Of a DNA stretch of 64,000 nt, positions 1 through 11,534 are shown one piece after another (position 1 is the first letter of the stretch; each line of letters begins with the position of its first letter). This DNA comes from Histomonas meleagridis 2922-C6/04-290x. Taxonomy: Eukaryota; Protista; Parabasalia. The notes beneath the pieces are model-generated. The model was not told the DNA's origin. It ran no database searches and saw nothing but the letters and a program-made list of their open reading frames with translations. The DNA lies in assembly GCA_020184695.1 (NCBI GenBank), contig JAANOX010000117.1:248001-312000 (forward strand). The letters are read 5' to 3'. The translations under genes were made by a program, and so were the position numbers.

Positions 1-1437
1 ATCCACATTTTCATTTTCATTTCTTTCTTTAAAATAAGATTTGTTTATTAACATATTCGATGCACTTTTATAAATATAAGAAGAAATTATATTTTTATTA
101 TGAGATTCAGTTACAATAAAAATAACTTCATGTAATGAATTAATTGTTGCTTTTAGTATATTTTCTTCTAAATTTTCGAAAAAGTTAAAATTAGACATCC
201 TTTTCCCATCTAATGAATAAGTGTTACATTCTCTCAACTTTATTACAATTATAGATAATCCATCAGTTACATAAATTTTTTTTCCTTCTTTAGGAAATAA
301 TTTTTCATTTTTAATATAAATATTTGAACATTTTTCATTGAAATATTTTATTGACTTATCTTCTTTATTGAATAATATATAAGATGAACCATTTGAACAT
401 GCATCAGTAATACCATTATATACATCTTCATTTATTTCATTTGGAAAAATATCGTTTTCTTCTATATCTGTTAAGCCAATTTGTAATAAATATGATTTAG
501 TTTTTATATATAAATGTTGTGTAGAACAAAACATAAATGTATTATCATCAATGTCATAATCATGTAAATTATAAGTTTCGGAATAATCTAAAACTTTACC
601 ATAGTATATTGGATATAAAAACATAATCTTATCTTTGCTTAATACAAATAAATAAGAATTACTACTACAGATACATTGTACCGAAAAATCAACTTCAAAT
701 CTTGAAAGTGGCTGAGAAATATTTATTGAAGCAGGAATATCTTCATCCCAATATCTTAAGTTATCGAATATTTCAGAACATTCTTGGTCAGAATCAAATT
801 GTATCTTTTTGTTTGGAAATATGAAATTACATAACTCATCATCAATTATGGTATTAATAACTTGAAAAAATTCGGTTTCTTTTTGTGCATCGTTATTTTT
901 GATTTCATAATTTTGATGAATTTGTTCAATTAAAGATTTCATTTGTTGGATAAGCTTGTCATTGTTATGAAGCCAATACCTTCTTAAAAATGTTAAAATG
1001 TCTTTACTACAAAAAGTTGATTGAGGTACATCAGGGTTTTTGATTTTCAATGAAATTGTGGATGGATTTTGATAATGTTGAGATCTTACTCTTTGCCTGT
1101 GATTACTGCGTTTAGATGCATTTTTTTGACAATCGTTCATGTTTCTGCTAACAAGGTATTTTTCAATGTATTTCTTATCTTCACGAAATTTTTCCTGATT
1201 TGCAAGACGAATTGACCCACGAATCATGCCGCGAGTTGATTCGCAGAACTGAGGCGCTGTGGTTGCAACAATAAGTAGACCTAAGGAACTTATTTCATAC
1301 TGTTCAAAATCGAAAGTATTTTGATGGAATTTTATTTCTTGGTATTTATTGTGAATGAATTTTTCGTGAGTTTTTGCTCTTAATTTGTCCTGAAAAATTA
1401 TCGATAATGAAAAATTTTCATCCAGTTTGAAACTCAT
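1..1437 (-). CDS. Hypothetical protein, 3'-truncated by the window edge (at least 479 aa; not in the ORF track)
   Basis: Manual translation gives an uninterrupted frame from ATG at 1437 (MSFKLDENFSLSIIFQDKL...) to position 1 (...KERNENENVD); Inr-like TCATTTC directly upstream. No recognisable family. Confidence 0.8.
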   Translation of the reverse strand, partial: MSFKLDENFSLSIIFQDKLRAKTHEKFIHNKYQEIKFHQNTFDFEQYEISSLGLLIVATTAPQFCESTRGMIRGSIRLANQEKFREDKKYIEKYLVSRNMNDCQKNASKRSNHRQRVRSQHYQNPSTISLKIKNPDVPQSTFCSKDILTFLRRYWLHNNDKLIQQMKSLIEQIHQNYEIKNNDAQKETEFFQVINTIIDDELCNFIFPNKKIQFDSDQECSEIFDNLRYWDEDIPASINISQPLSRFEVDFSVQCICSSNSYLFVLSKDKIMFLYPIYYGKVLDYSETYNLHDYDIDDNTFMFCSTQHLYIKTKSYLLQIGLTDIEENDIFPNEINEDVYNGITDACSNGSSYILFNKEDKSIKYFNEKCSNIYIKNEKLFPKEGKKIYVTDGLSIIVIKLRECNTYSLDGKRMSNFNFFENLEENILKATINSLHEVIFIVTESHNKNIISSYIYKSASNMLINKSYFKERNENENVD

Positions 1438-1447
1438 TGTGAAATGA
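1438..1447 (-). promoter_or_regulatory. Initiator (Inr)-like element TCATTTCACA before ATG
   Basis: Matches the trichomonad Inr consensus TCA(Y)(T/A) within about 10 nt of the start codon. Confidence 0.55.
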
Positions 1448-2213
1448 AGACACGTTGAAAAAATTGAATACAGTAAACTTGCGAAAAAATTGTTTGAATG
1501 TAACTTGTCAAAAATTGGATCCAAAATAATCGTTGAAATGAAGTAATGTTTCAGTTTTATGGAATAATTTCATTTTTATTAAATTTGAAACAAGTATTTA
1601 TATAAATAACAAAACATTTAAATAAATTTATTGGCAAAATTTAAAAAATTAATTTCTAATTTATTAGACAACACACCTCATTACATTATTATCATTTTTA
1701 ATAATTCAAATTTCATTAGATGAAATAACATTAATTATATTTTTGAATCAATAATGTGAGTATGAAATGATCTTTATAATATATTTTGTGATCAAAATCA
1801 TCATTTTTCTGGCAGCATTATGTTTTACACTCCTATGACTCAATTAATTTACTTGAAATCCTACGTTAAGGATCATTAAGTATCGAAAATTATATCAAAA
1901 AAAATAAAATACTTTTTTTCATCTATTCAAATAGATGGGTGTGAAGCTTGATCGTTACTTTAGTAGAGCCTCAATTCATCGTTAGCAATTAAACGTTTAA
2001 AAATTATATCTAAATTTCAATATGCAACTAAGGCAGTGATCAATAGTTAAACACCTCATACAACATTGACTTTTTCACAAAAAGTAATTCCCTCATTTTA
2101 AACGTTCAGGAGAAAATGATCATTCAGAGAGTATTAATCGGTATTCATTCAATCTTACAAAGTTTATTTGGCTATTCAATAACGGTCAAATCTTAAACAA
2201 ATCTCCTATTAAA

Positions 2214-3542
2214 ATGGCTCAGTCTTGGGCCAAAACAATATCAGACGACTTAACAGACATTAAACTAGGTGCATCTAGTCTTGACGGTATTCCAGGGCTT
2301 ATCAGTGCAACTTCAGATTTGAAATACGTTAATACAATTTTCATATTTATTTGTTTTATTATTTTACAATTTGTTAACTGTATAAAATCACCAACAGAAG
2401 TTATTTCAAACAGTGAAATGTATTCAGTAGAGAAAACCTCATCACATGACAAAGATTTTCGAATAAGAATTTTCATAAAACAACTTCAGAAAGAGCATCG
2501 TTATATTACTGTTACGTTTAATTTAATTCGTTATTCACCTTTAACCAAAGTTGAACACGTATACTTTTTTGATACAAATTATACCATTTTTTTTAATGAC
2601 GAAACTGTTAGGACCAATCTGAATGAAGGGAGAGATGTTACATTTAAGTTTGATCCCACACAAACCGAGTCTACTGATGAAATTGTAATATTTTCAGGAC
2701 AGATTAAAAACTTTGATTCCATTTTACTAAGCGTTCATTTAAGAGGGGACATTGATAACATTGGGCGTGTTCAATTTAAGTGGAAACATATTAATCCAAA
2801 CTCTGAACAACATCTGAAACTTTTCAGTTTCATCATTTTTCTCTTAACTATATACATTTTGTTTTACTATTTATTAATGATTAGTTTTAACCCATGTACA
2901 ATGAAACGCAAGCTTTCCATCTTGCTATGTCTCTTAGCATCCTTTGCATCGAATCCATATAAATCATATGACATTGAGAACACATCGATGAAACTCTTTG
3001 ATTATGTAATACTTAGTTTGTTTATATCATTTTTTCGATTCTTTTTGCTCGATTCGTTTAACTTCTTTAAGAACAAATTCACTGAAACTATTTTTATTAT
3101 CATATTTTTGTTTCATGCAGTTATAAACACTGCTGCATTAGATGAGCGCTCATTCGTTTTCCCTAATTCTCCATACATTACAAAGAATTTATTCCCTTCG
3201 GAAAAGATTATTATGTTTTTGGATGTGATTTATATTCCGATTCTGTTTAAATGCTCTTTTTTGTTCATAAAAAAACATCAAAGTACGCGCATACATATTT
3301 TTTGGTTCATAATTCTGATTGTGATAATCATTGCAACAGTGTTTGCTGATATTTGGTTTTTGTTATCGGGTTTTTGGCTTAAAAAAATTGTGCACCCATT
3401 CATTAGAAATTCGCCTCAAATAACTTGCGCAGTGTTTTTGATTTTGTCTTCAAGCTTTAGATTTACATCTGGTTCTTATCAGTTTTCAGATACTTCAGCA
3501 CTTGTGAGTAGAAAGGAGCTGTCGGGGTTTGAATGTGATTGA
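2214..3542 (+). CDS. Multi-pass membrane protein, possibly TMEM181/Wntless-like
   Basis: 442-aa ORF: N-terminal hydrophobic segment, luminal beta-rich domain, then about 6-7 hydrophobic helices. Family assigned from architecture only. Confidence 0.6.
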   Translation: MAQSWAKTISDDLTDIKLGASSLDGIPGLISATSDLKYVNTIFIFICFIILQFVNCIKSPTEVISNSEMYSVEKTSSHDKDFRIRIFIKQLQKEHRYITVTFNLIRYSPLTKVEHVYFFDTNYTIFFNDETVRTNLNEGRDVTFKFDPTQTESTDEIVIFSGQIKNFDSILLSVHLRGDIDNIGRVQFKWKHINPNSEQHLKLFSFIIFLLTIYILFYYLLMISFNPCTMKRKLSILLCLLASFASNPYKSYDIENTSMKLFDYVILSLFISFFRFFLLDSFNFFKNKFTETIFIIIFLFHAVINTAALDERSFVFPNSPYITKNLFPSEKIIMFLDVIYIPILFKCSFLFIKKHQSTRIHIFWFIILIVIIIATVFADIWFLLSGFWLKKIVHPFIRNSPQITCAVFLILSSSFRFTSGSYQFSDTSALVSRKELSGFECD

Positions 3543-3727
3543 AATTATATTATATTATTCTTTAAATAAATTATATGTTTTAGAATTCTTTAATTAAAAA
3601 TATTTTTAAGTGGCAACGATAGAGTAAAATGAACGAAAAATAATCGAATTTATATTCAAAAATTGAATGGTTTGGATAAGGACGTTTAAAATTAACGTGT
3701 TTAGTAACGGATTTTTCTGAAAACAAA

Positions 3728-4996
3728 ATGAAATCTGTAATAAAAAATGAGAAAAAGGATGAGGATGATATTGCTTTCGATTTTTCAAATATAGATGATG
3801 ATTTAGAAGATGATTCACCAACACTTTGGGATGTATATACAAAAATTTGTTATTCTCAAACACCGCCAATTCCAACATTATCATTAATGAAACCGATTTT
3901 ATCTGGTGATGAGACAAATGCAATTTTCCCACATCAACAAATTTCCAATCATTTGCCAATAATTTTGCAAATGTTAAATCGTGTAAAAATTATTTCTGTA
4001 TTAAATTTAAGTAATAACTCTTTAACATCAAAATCTGTAGGCCCATTAGTTTCTTTTATTACAGAAGCTGATCAACTTTCTTCTTTAAATATTAATGATA
4101 ATCCTTTAATTGGTCCAGAGGCTATGAATCAACTAATTCAAGGAATCAAAGAAAACAGTGTTCTTGAAGAACTAATGATTTCCAACACAGGATGTAATGC
4201 ATCTGTTGGGAAATCAATTTCTGAGTTAATTATTGGATGCACTTCTCTTGCAAAATTAGACATTAGCCATTGTCAGCTTGGCCAATCAGGACTTGAAATT
4301 GCTCGGGCAATAGGTAGTTCACCAAAACTTCGGCGAATCAATCTTTCTAATAATGAGCTTCATATTGGCTCAAAAAAGTTTGGAGTTCTTCTTGGAACTA
4401 ATGTTGCTAAGTGTACAACTCTTTCCAGGATTGATCTTTCGGGTAACTTTTTATCTACTGATCAAGTGATTTCAATGTTTCGAGGATTTTCGAATTCAAC
4501 TTCATTAACACGATTAGACTTTAGTAGAAATAACATATGTGAACCTGCTGGGAAATCAATTGCAACATTTATCACAAAATCAAAAAGTATTAAACATTTA
4601 AGATTAGATCAAAATCCAATCCTCAATGTGACATTAAATAAAATGAAAGGACAAAAGAAGTTACAAGAAGAACAACAAAAACCAGGCGGAAATAAAAAAG
4701 ATAAAAAACCTAAGACATATTCACCTGGCTGTTACTTAATCTTAAATAGTTTAGCAAAAAATCAATCACTGGTAGACATTAGTCTTATTGGCGTTATCGC
4801 TCCAACTTTAGAATGGAAAGGCAAATTAGCAAATTTGGCAAATATAAATCCAAATGTACATGTGATTTACCAAGAAAGTGAAACAGAAACATTTAATTTT
4901 TCAAATCCTAAAACAGCACTTGCATCAACTATTGCTCAGATTGATAAACCTTCATCTTCAAGAAAGCCTGTTCGTTCAGTAACACCCAAGAAATAG
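3728..4996 (+). CDS. Leucine-rich repeat protein (RNI-like LRR)
   Basis: Repeated LxxLxLxxNxL units (LNLSNNSL, LDISHCQL, INLSNNEL, IDLSGNFL, LDFSRNNI, LRLDQNPI). Confidence 0.9.
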   Translation: MKSVIKNEKKDEDDIAFDFSNIDDDLEDDSPTLWDVYTKICYSQTPPIPTLSLMKPILSGDETNAIFPHQQISNHLPIILQMLNRVKIISVLNLSNNSLTSKSVGPLVSFITEADQLSSLNINDNPLIGPEAMNQLIQGIKENSVLEELMISNTGCNASVGKSISELIIGCTSLAKLDISHCQLGQSGLEIARAIGSSPKLRRINLSNNELHIGSKKFGVLLGTNVAKCTTLSRIDLSGNFLSTDQVISMFRGFSNSTSLTRLDFSRNNICEPAGKSIATFITKSKSIKHLRLDQNPILNVTLNKMKGQKKLQEEQQKPGGNKKDKKPKTYSPGCYLILNSLAKNQSLVDISLIGVIAPTLEWKGKLANLANINPNVHVIYQESETETFNFSNPKTALASTIAQIDKPSSSRKPVRSVTPKK

Positions 4997-5289
4997 TTTA
5001 TATAAAAAAAATGTTTTCTTTTAAGAGAGAATTTATTTTTTAATAAAATAGACAGCATAATAAATTTGATCAAAAAAGTTTTGTGAATGGCAGATATGGA
5101 ATTGAAAGAAGAACGATTTAAATGTTCAGAAAATTGATTATCGGTCATAAAAAAACATTTCAAAATTCTGTGATTGGTTGACAAACTGTGTTCAAACACC
5201 ATAAGCGGATGAAGAAAATTCACTTGGTTTGGCTGAAATAAAAAGCCACTTTTATTTCTATCAAAATTGAATAAAATTGACATATTAAT

Positions 5290-5944
5290 ATGAGTTGGTT
5301 GTATGTTTTCTTTCTAACATCCCAGTAAACGTGATCAAGGCACCTTCCGCCCTAACAAGAAGATTAGCCCAGAACACCGTGGTTATAAATTAGCCCAAAT
5401 TTCTAAAGCTACACTCGGAACTTGTGATTTACGTAATGCCGTCAAGCTCCCTGCTGGTGAAAACCTCAACGACTGGCTTGCAGTTAGCGTTGTTGATTTT
5501 TATAACCAGCTTTCATGCTTATTTGCACCAGTGGCCGAACATTGCACAAAGAAATCTTGCCCAGAAATGACTGCAGGACCAGCTTACAAGTACTACTGGC
5601 AAGATAATGTCAAGTATAAGAAGCCAGCAATGCTTCCAGCAAATGAGTATATAACAAATGTTATGTTATGGACAGAAGGTTTCATCAACAATGAAAAGTA
5701 CTTCCCAAGTGATCCAAGCGTTCCGTTTCCAAATGATTTCATCAAGATTGTCCAAAACATATTCAAGAGATTATTCCGTATTTATGCCCATATTTACCAC
5801 CATCATCTTGAAGATATTCGTGCAATTGGTGCTGAAGCTCACCTTAACACATCATTCCGCCATTTCATTTTCTTTTCACAAGAATTTAAGCTCATTCCTG
5901 AAGAACAGCTTGCACCATTAAAGGAAATCATTGATCAACTCTAA
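5290..5944 (+). CDS. MOB1: Mob1/phocein family kinase activator; two exons (5290-5300, 5326-5944), 209 aa
   Basis: The spliced product MSWFKRDQGTFRPNKK...AVKLPAGENLNDWLAVSVVDFYNQ...CPEMTAGP..YYW...FKRLFRIYAHIYHHH...HLNTSFRHF carries the Mob1 hallmarks. The ORF track shows only the 3' part. Confidence 0.95.
5301..5325 (+). other. 25-nt spliceosomal intron (short trichomonad type)
   Basis: GTATGT-TTTCTT-TCTAAC-ATCCCAG: trichomonad 5' site, branch point CTAAC fused to the 3' AG. Removal restores the Mob1 frame (TT|T = Phe). Confidence 0.9.
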
Positions 5945-6185
5945 ACTGGCTTGGTACAAATTGATTTTTTCTTTTTTAATTTGATTTTTTTGGGATTCGC
6001 AAGGAAGAAACGATAAGAAATTGAATTCAACCAGATTTTGTCTTGAGCAGCTTTTTTACTGGTTTATTTCATACAGCTTTGCTTTTTGAATAGATTATTT
6101 AAATCAAAACGGTTTTGTTAAGTTTATACAAAAGTGATAACGGATCCATTTGTACAAATGCAAATGATTAAACCAGGGATTTTAT

Positions 6186-6623
6186 TTATACCTCGAGACG
6201 GGTATGAATTGAACGAATAATTGGGCCGTTTCCATTGATCTTTGTGATTTCATCATGAGCCTTCAAAAGAAGATTGCAATCATATGTGCACTTTGGCTTT
6301 CCATCAACCATTTCACGTTCAGCGAAACCACGGTAAACAAATTTCATAAGTGTATCACGTTCATCATCTGTTAATGCCTTGATTGCAGCAGCAAGTTTAG
6401 CTGATTCAATTGAGCAAAGGATAGAGCAGACAGCCTTAGCAGCAGCATCCTTTGCTTCTGTCATCTTGCGAGCTTGGACATCTTTACTATCACTTTTTTC
6501 GACAACATGCTTTGGACGAACTGGTAATTCTTGTAAAACTGTTTTGAGGGCATTTCCTGGGTTTGAACGAACTTCTCCTTTTGCTTTCTCAGCACGTTCA
6601 TTTATTGTATCTACGTAAGACAT
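6186..6623 (-). CDS. ARPC5: Arp2/3 complex subunit 5 (p16-Arc)
   Basis: 145 aa with ALKTVL, AIKAL..DERDTLMKFVYRGF, LLKAHDEI...GNGPIIR motifs typical of ARPC5; Inr-like TCACTT at 6632-6637. Confidence 0.88.
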   Translation of the reverse strand: MSYVDTINERAEKAKGEVRSNPGNALKTVLQELPVRPKHVVEKSDSKDVQARKMTEAKDAAAKAVCSILCSIESAKLAAAIKALTDDERDTLMKFVYRGFAEREMVDGKPKCTYDCNLLLKAHDEITKINGNGPIIRSIHTRLEV

Positions 6624-6864
6624 TTCCAGCCAAGTGACAAACCATCAAATTTTCAGAGCAACCGATAATCACTTTTTCTTAAATTATATTTTTGTCATTT
6701 TTTTTTAATAAATTTAACAATGTCAATAATCATTCGCTTCTTAAATAAATCAATTTGATTATTACTAAATTTAGTAATTTATTATACATAAGCAAATATC
6801 TGAATGACTAAAATGTATCACAATGTAAAAGAAATCGAAAATCAAGAAAGCATTTACACGAAAT

Positions 6865-7587
6865 TTATATGTAATTTGAGTCGGAATCAGAATCAGAGTT
6901 GTCCCTTCTGCTAGTAGTCGGCTTTTTGCCTCCCCTTGCAATACTGGATGCGCGAGACCTGTTTCTTGTTTCCATCTGTGCTTCATTTGGATTTTCTGGA
7001 TCATAATCATCATCTCTAATGGCAGCACCAGAGAACGAATCCATCGAATCTGACTGTCTTTGGTGTTGTGCATAAGTTGGTGATCTTGATCGAGAATGAT
7101 TTTTCTTTTTAGCTGGACCTTTTCCTTTGGTTGGTGCAGCAGCACGAACAACTCTTCCTGGTTTTCTGCAACATGAGTCATATAAATAGCAAATAATAAA
7201 AAGAACAACAAATGTTATACCGATTAAATATCCGGGTTTGAATATACCATATTTAAGTTCTGGTGTTGCAGTGGGTTGAGGAGTAGATGGTGTATCTGTT
7301 GAATTGATAACATCAACTAATCTGACAATTTTAAGAACTGTTGGTACATATTCAGCAACGTAAGAATCCACGGTAGTTGGGTTTCCGCTGGGATCTAATG
7401 ATACTGTTTGAGTTTTGCTTATTTCAAAATTAATTGTATTTGTATAATCAACTTTAATTGTTCCTGCCATAGCAGTAATATTTGCAATGGTAAAATTAAC
7501 AGTAGCAGTAGATTCTTCACTTGCTTGCACAAAAGGAATAGATATAAGCAAGAAAAACATTGCTGTAATTGAAGGTTTTTGAACCAT
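6865..7587 (-). CDS. Type I single-pass membrane protein with S/T/P-rich stalk and basic/Ser-rich tail
   Basis: Signal-like MFFLLISIPFVQA, TM segment YLIGITFVVLFIICYLY followed by CC, low-complexity R/S/D tail. Start may be the second Met. Confidence 0.75.
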   Translation of the reverse strand: MVQKPSITAMFFLLISIPFVQASEESTATVNFTIANITAMAGTIKVDYTNTINFEISKTQTVSLDPSGNPTTVDSYVAEYVPTVLKIVRLVDVINSTDTPSTPQPTATPELKYGIFKPGYLIGITFVVLFIICYLYDSCCRKPGRVVRAAAPTKGKGPAKKKNHSRSRSPTYAQHQRQSDSMDSFSGAAIRDDDYDPENPNEAQMETRNRSRASSIARGGKKPTTSRRDNSDSDSDSNYI

Positions 7588-8067
7588 TTATGATCGGCAT
7601 TTTTCGAATTTTTCAATAAAATTTATTTCCTTTGAAAAACCGAAGTTTTGGTAACTTTTTGAAAATGATTATTTGTATTCTCTACCGGATGCGACCGTTA
7701 AAATAGGCATTAATAAAAAAATTCCATTTTGTGAACATTTCGTTTATTGGATCTGTAAAGATGATATAGAATGAAATTATTAAAGACACAGTGAACACAT
7801 TTAAGATTTTTCTCGGTTTCCTCTAAAAATTTATGAAAAAAATTCTCATTGAATTCGAAAAAAAATTTATAGTCCTAAAAATATAATATTTTTATTAAGT
7901 CATATCTTTAGTTTCAAAAGATTTATTCATTTGTGTATATTTTGATTTCAAATGCATTAGTATTATTCAGCAAAACGTCAATTATAAAATTACATAAAAG
8001 TTATATGTTTATTAATATTTATAAAGAATATTTTTAAATTTGTAAATTAATAAATCTCCGTTCTAAT

Positions 8068-9063
8068 CTAAAACACTATGTAATCTTCCGGTATAATGTA
8101 ATCGCTTGGTTTATCACTTCTCCAAAGCTTCGGCGCTGTAACAATTTTCTTTTTGAATGCGTTAAGTAATGCGGCCCACCACGAGAAGGTACTGTTTGCG
8201 ATGATGTTGTGCTTGCAATTTCTCATTAACTCGAAGTCAAATATAGGATTCGATGTATTTGTTCCTTCGATTAATGTATAGTTTCCCTCAATTTTGATGT
8301 TCTTTCTAAAGAAATCGAGGTCATCAGAAAATATAAAGAAATGAGGATTTTCAACATGTTGTTTCATGTAGTTGATGGAATCAATGTAATATTGGAGAGG
8401 AACAAAGCCAAGAGATCCATGGTCTGTACGTCTAATATGAACAGATACGGAATTTGTTGATTTAATCATTTTGAGATATTTTTTATGAAGAGATGGAAGT
8501 TCAACTTTAAGGGTGAACTCTTTCATGAGATCTTTTTTGTACTTGGAAAAATTGTAATATCTAAGATCTTCGAAATAACCTGAAAAATACTGATTAACAG
8601 GTGTCTTAAAATCCGAAAGTTTATGGTTATAAATTTCGTCCTCTTGGAGAATTTCAGTGTATGTTATCTGTTCCATGGTTGCAGGTTTTAATGATAAGTT
8701 AAAAAAACGTATATTACATTTTCTAAAAGAATATTCACCTTTATATGTATTACTTAAGTTAAGACAATCATTATCATGACACTCTTTAAAATAATGAAGA
8801 TCAATGAAAACTGGATATCCAGTTTCCTCTCTTAAAGTATATGCAAAAGCATACTGAAATAATTGGTTCCCTAAGCCAGAACGAATACATACAATTTTGT
8901 AAATATTTGTTTGAATTGGGACTGTTCCATTATTTTGAAATACTTCAATCTTATAAGAAGCACTTCCTTTGTGAATTCTGTTTGGTATAATTATTGAATA
9001 TATTTGTATAAATATTATAAATGTAATGAAAAAACTGATGAAATTTGATTTTTTAAACCTCAT
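8068..9063 (-). CDS. Alpha-1,2-fucosyltransferase, glycosyltransferase family 11
   Basis: GT11 motifs GLGNQLFQYA, GYFED, VSVHIRRTD, FSDD, DFELMRNCKHNIIANSTFSWWAA. First ATG at 9063 (the track starts at a GTG), followed by a signal-anchor. Confidence 0.93.
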   Translation of the reverse strand: MRFKKSNFISFFITFIIFIQIYSIIIPNRIHKGSASYKIEVFQNNGTVPIQTNIYKIVCIRSGLGNQLFQYAFAYTLREETGYPVFIDLHYFKECHDNDCLNLSNTYKGEYSFRKCNIRFFNLSLKPATMEQITYTEILQEDEIYNHKLSDFKTPVNQYFSGYFEDLRYYNFSKYKKDLMKEFTLKVELPSLHKKYLKMIKSTNSVSVHIRRTDHGSLGFVPLQYYIDSINYMKQHVENPHFFIFSDDLDFFRKNIKIEGNYTLIEGTNTSNPIFDFELMRNCKHNIIANSTFSWWAALLNAFKKKIVTAPKLWRSDKPSDYIIPEDYIVF

Positions 9064-9379
9064 CAGTTTCTCAGTCAACTCAACCACGAAAAGATAAACA
9101 ATTGAAATTTGTTAGTGACGATCAAATAATGTTCGTTTTTTTATATTCACATCGTTTTTTATATTCACTAAGGAAACAAAAATACTTGAAACAAAATTCC
9201 AAAATATTTTGGAACAATACTTCTTATCAATAAATCTACAAAAGGTCATTTGAATAAAATTTATTTTTATAAAAATGTATACATTGATATATCAAGCCGA
9301 AAACTTGTTAAATAAAAATATATATTTTATAAAATATATTTTATAAAGCGAATCATTGATAATGACAAATGTATTTGAA

Positions 9380-10350
9380 AGTAAGTAACAAAACAATATT
9401 TTGTTAAGACTACGCACCATGAGTGCAAAGAAATCAATGAAAACTTTGCAAATCACAAGAGTAAAATTGCGATTCAATACTTTAACCAAGCTGTATGACC
9501 ACCAGTTATGATTTCTGTTTTGAGTGTAAAAGATTTCACATATTGTATAGACGTTTCAATCGGGAAACATGTTTGCAGTGATAAGATACTCAGTGTCGTA
9601 TGATTTTGCTATCGTCTTGTCTAATGATTGAGACAGAATATATCCATCGAAATGGTTCAAGAGCTTGAAGGAGATCCCTTTTCTAAGCAACTCACATGTC
9701 TGATGTAGTCGTGATGAAAACGAATGTAGTGCACGAATAGGGCGGCCAGTGTGGGATGGCGGCGTTTGATCTATTGCAAGAGTGTTGAGTCTGTGAGCCA
9801 GCGTCAACCGAAGAGCCACCTCTGCCTTTCCCAAAGAGCAAGAAAGCGCCATGGGTTTCGAAACGAGCGAGCGTATGGACTATTGTCGAGACAACTGATT
9901 ACATAACGTGCGGTAAATAGCCTATACTGCATGTACTCTTTTCATCGTAAGCTCCTGTTGGATAACTGGAAGCAGTGAGTACAGTGTTCCCAAGATGGAT
10001 TAGAGTTTTCAGATCGAAACTATCAGAAAAGTGCCTGGGAAAAGAATGAAGAAGATGAGATGTTGTATTATCTTTCTGTGCAAATCGCGGCTCATCAAAT
10101 CTTTGGATGATAAATAGCAACTCAAATGAATAGAAAGTGAATGTTTCAGTGATAGATATCGATATACTGAGTCACTCGTGAGCTTTCACCAAATCCAAAA
10201 TTAATAGATAGCCAGATGCTGGTGCAGCAGATTGTGAGAAGTGATCGTGAATTTCAGAATGTGTGGCTCATGAGTTTGCCGGAGCGAGTCGTGGGCGATC
10301 TAGTGATGCTGCAAAATCATCGTTTTCGAGAAAGCGAATTCAATCTCAAG
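9380..10350 (+). pseudogene. Heavily decayed protein-kinase-like relic (tentative)
   Basis: Kinase-like fragments in kinase order across shifted frames: YFVKT, PPVMISVL, ETEYIHRNGS, EYSVPKMD*SF, NVWLMSLPERV. Many stops; GC visibly higher than the flanks. Confidence 0.3.
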
Positions 10351-11534
10351 TGCATATTCTGATTATCCCAATTGATGATGGAATTAGTGGTGATTATGAC
10401 GGCAATGTTTTACTATACCGGATCAGATGTGGGTGATGTAAATAGTAAGAACTTACTTTTTCTCTATTGTATCGTGTGAAAGATTCCAATACAGCCACTT
10501 TTTTTATCCATAGGTATTCCGAAAAATTTCAAATAAAACAATAATATATTTTTTGCATTAATTCCTTCATGTTAGATATTTGATACCTATCGTGTATGTG
10601 AATCAAAGAAAAATACTCTTTTCCTCAATCCCACCGTTATTTCATTTACCTACTTTACAAGATCCATGTTATATTCATACATGCTCATTAGCTTTTAAAT
10701 TTATTTCAATATTAATTCCCCGAACACAAAATCAACCACACCTTTATATACAAAACACCCTTATATCATTCAGAAATCAGTAAGTACCTCATAAGGTTAA
10801 CTTGCTTTACTATTAGAGTAAATTTCATCTGTATCTGATATCAAATACGACATTTAGCCACTCAATGGAGCGCGTTAAACACGAGCTCGTTTGAAGACGT
10901 TATCACGCGCGCTCACCTATATAAACCTAACAATTCCGAAAATTCAAAGAATGTGTTCAACATTAAAATATTAATATCTTCTTATAAATTCGTATTTTAT
11001 ATTCAAAAATTCATTTCTAGCATAAAAAAGTTATCTGAAATATATTTTCAAACTTAAAAAAAATTATATAATAGAGAAAACAAACTGACATCCACAGTTC
11101 ACAAAAGCTACAATATTGATTTTGTTAATATGAAATCGTTTTGTTAAATATTGATATAAAATAAACAAATTATAATAAAGAATATTTTTTTCAACTTTGG
11201 AAAGAAATATCGAAAAAAATATATGAATAATCAAACACCTGCTTGTGATTTCAAATACATAAATTTCACGAACTTTGAGATATTATTTCATTAAGAAATC
11301 GAAGAATTTATTGTGGTAGTTTATTTAATCATATACAAATCAAATTTCTAACATTAAATAATGAGATGCACAAATATCGAGAAATACACTGACAAAAATC
11401 ATTCACACCAAAAATTCCTCTTTAGGTACAATGAAATTCATCAGAATCTCTGAAAAAAATCATAAGCTGAAGCGTTTCTCCAAAAGGCATTTTTTGGAAA
11501 TTTTTTCACATCACATTTATAACGGTTTATATTC

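Noticed and set aside
9556-10120. Minus-strand ORFs with SLDKTIAKSY and GYLPH resembling Maverick/Polinton protein-primed PolB
   Set aside because: The motifs occur in the wrong order, no polymerase catalytic motifs are present, and there are no Maverick TIRs or other core genes.
10860-10920. GC-rich stem (GAGCGCGT...ACGCGCGCTC) as a structured RNA
   Set aside because: A single short stem with no recognisable family motif; insufficient evidence.
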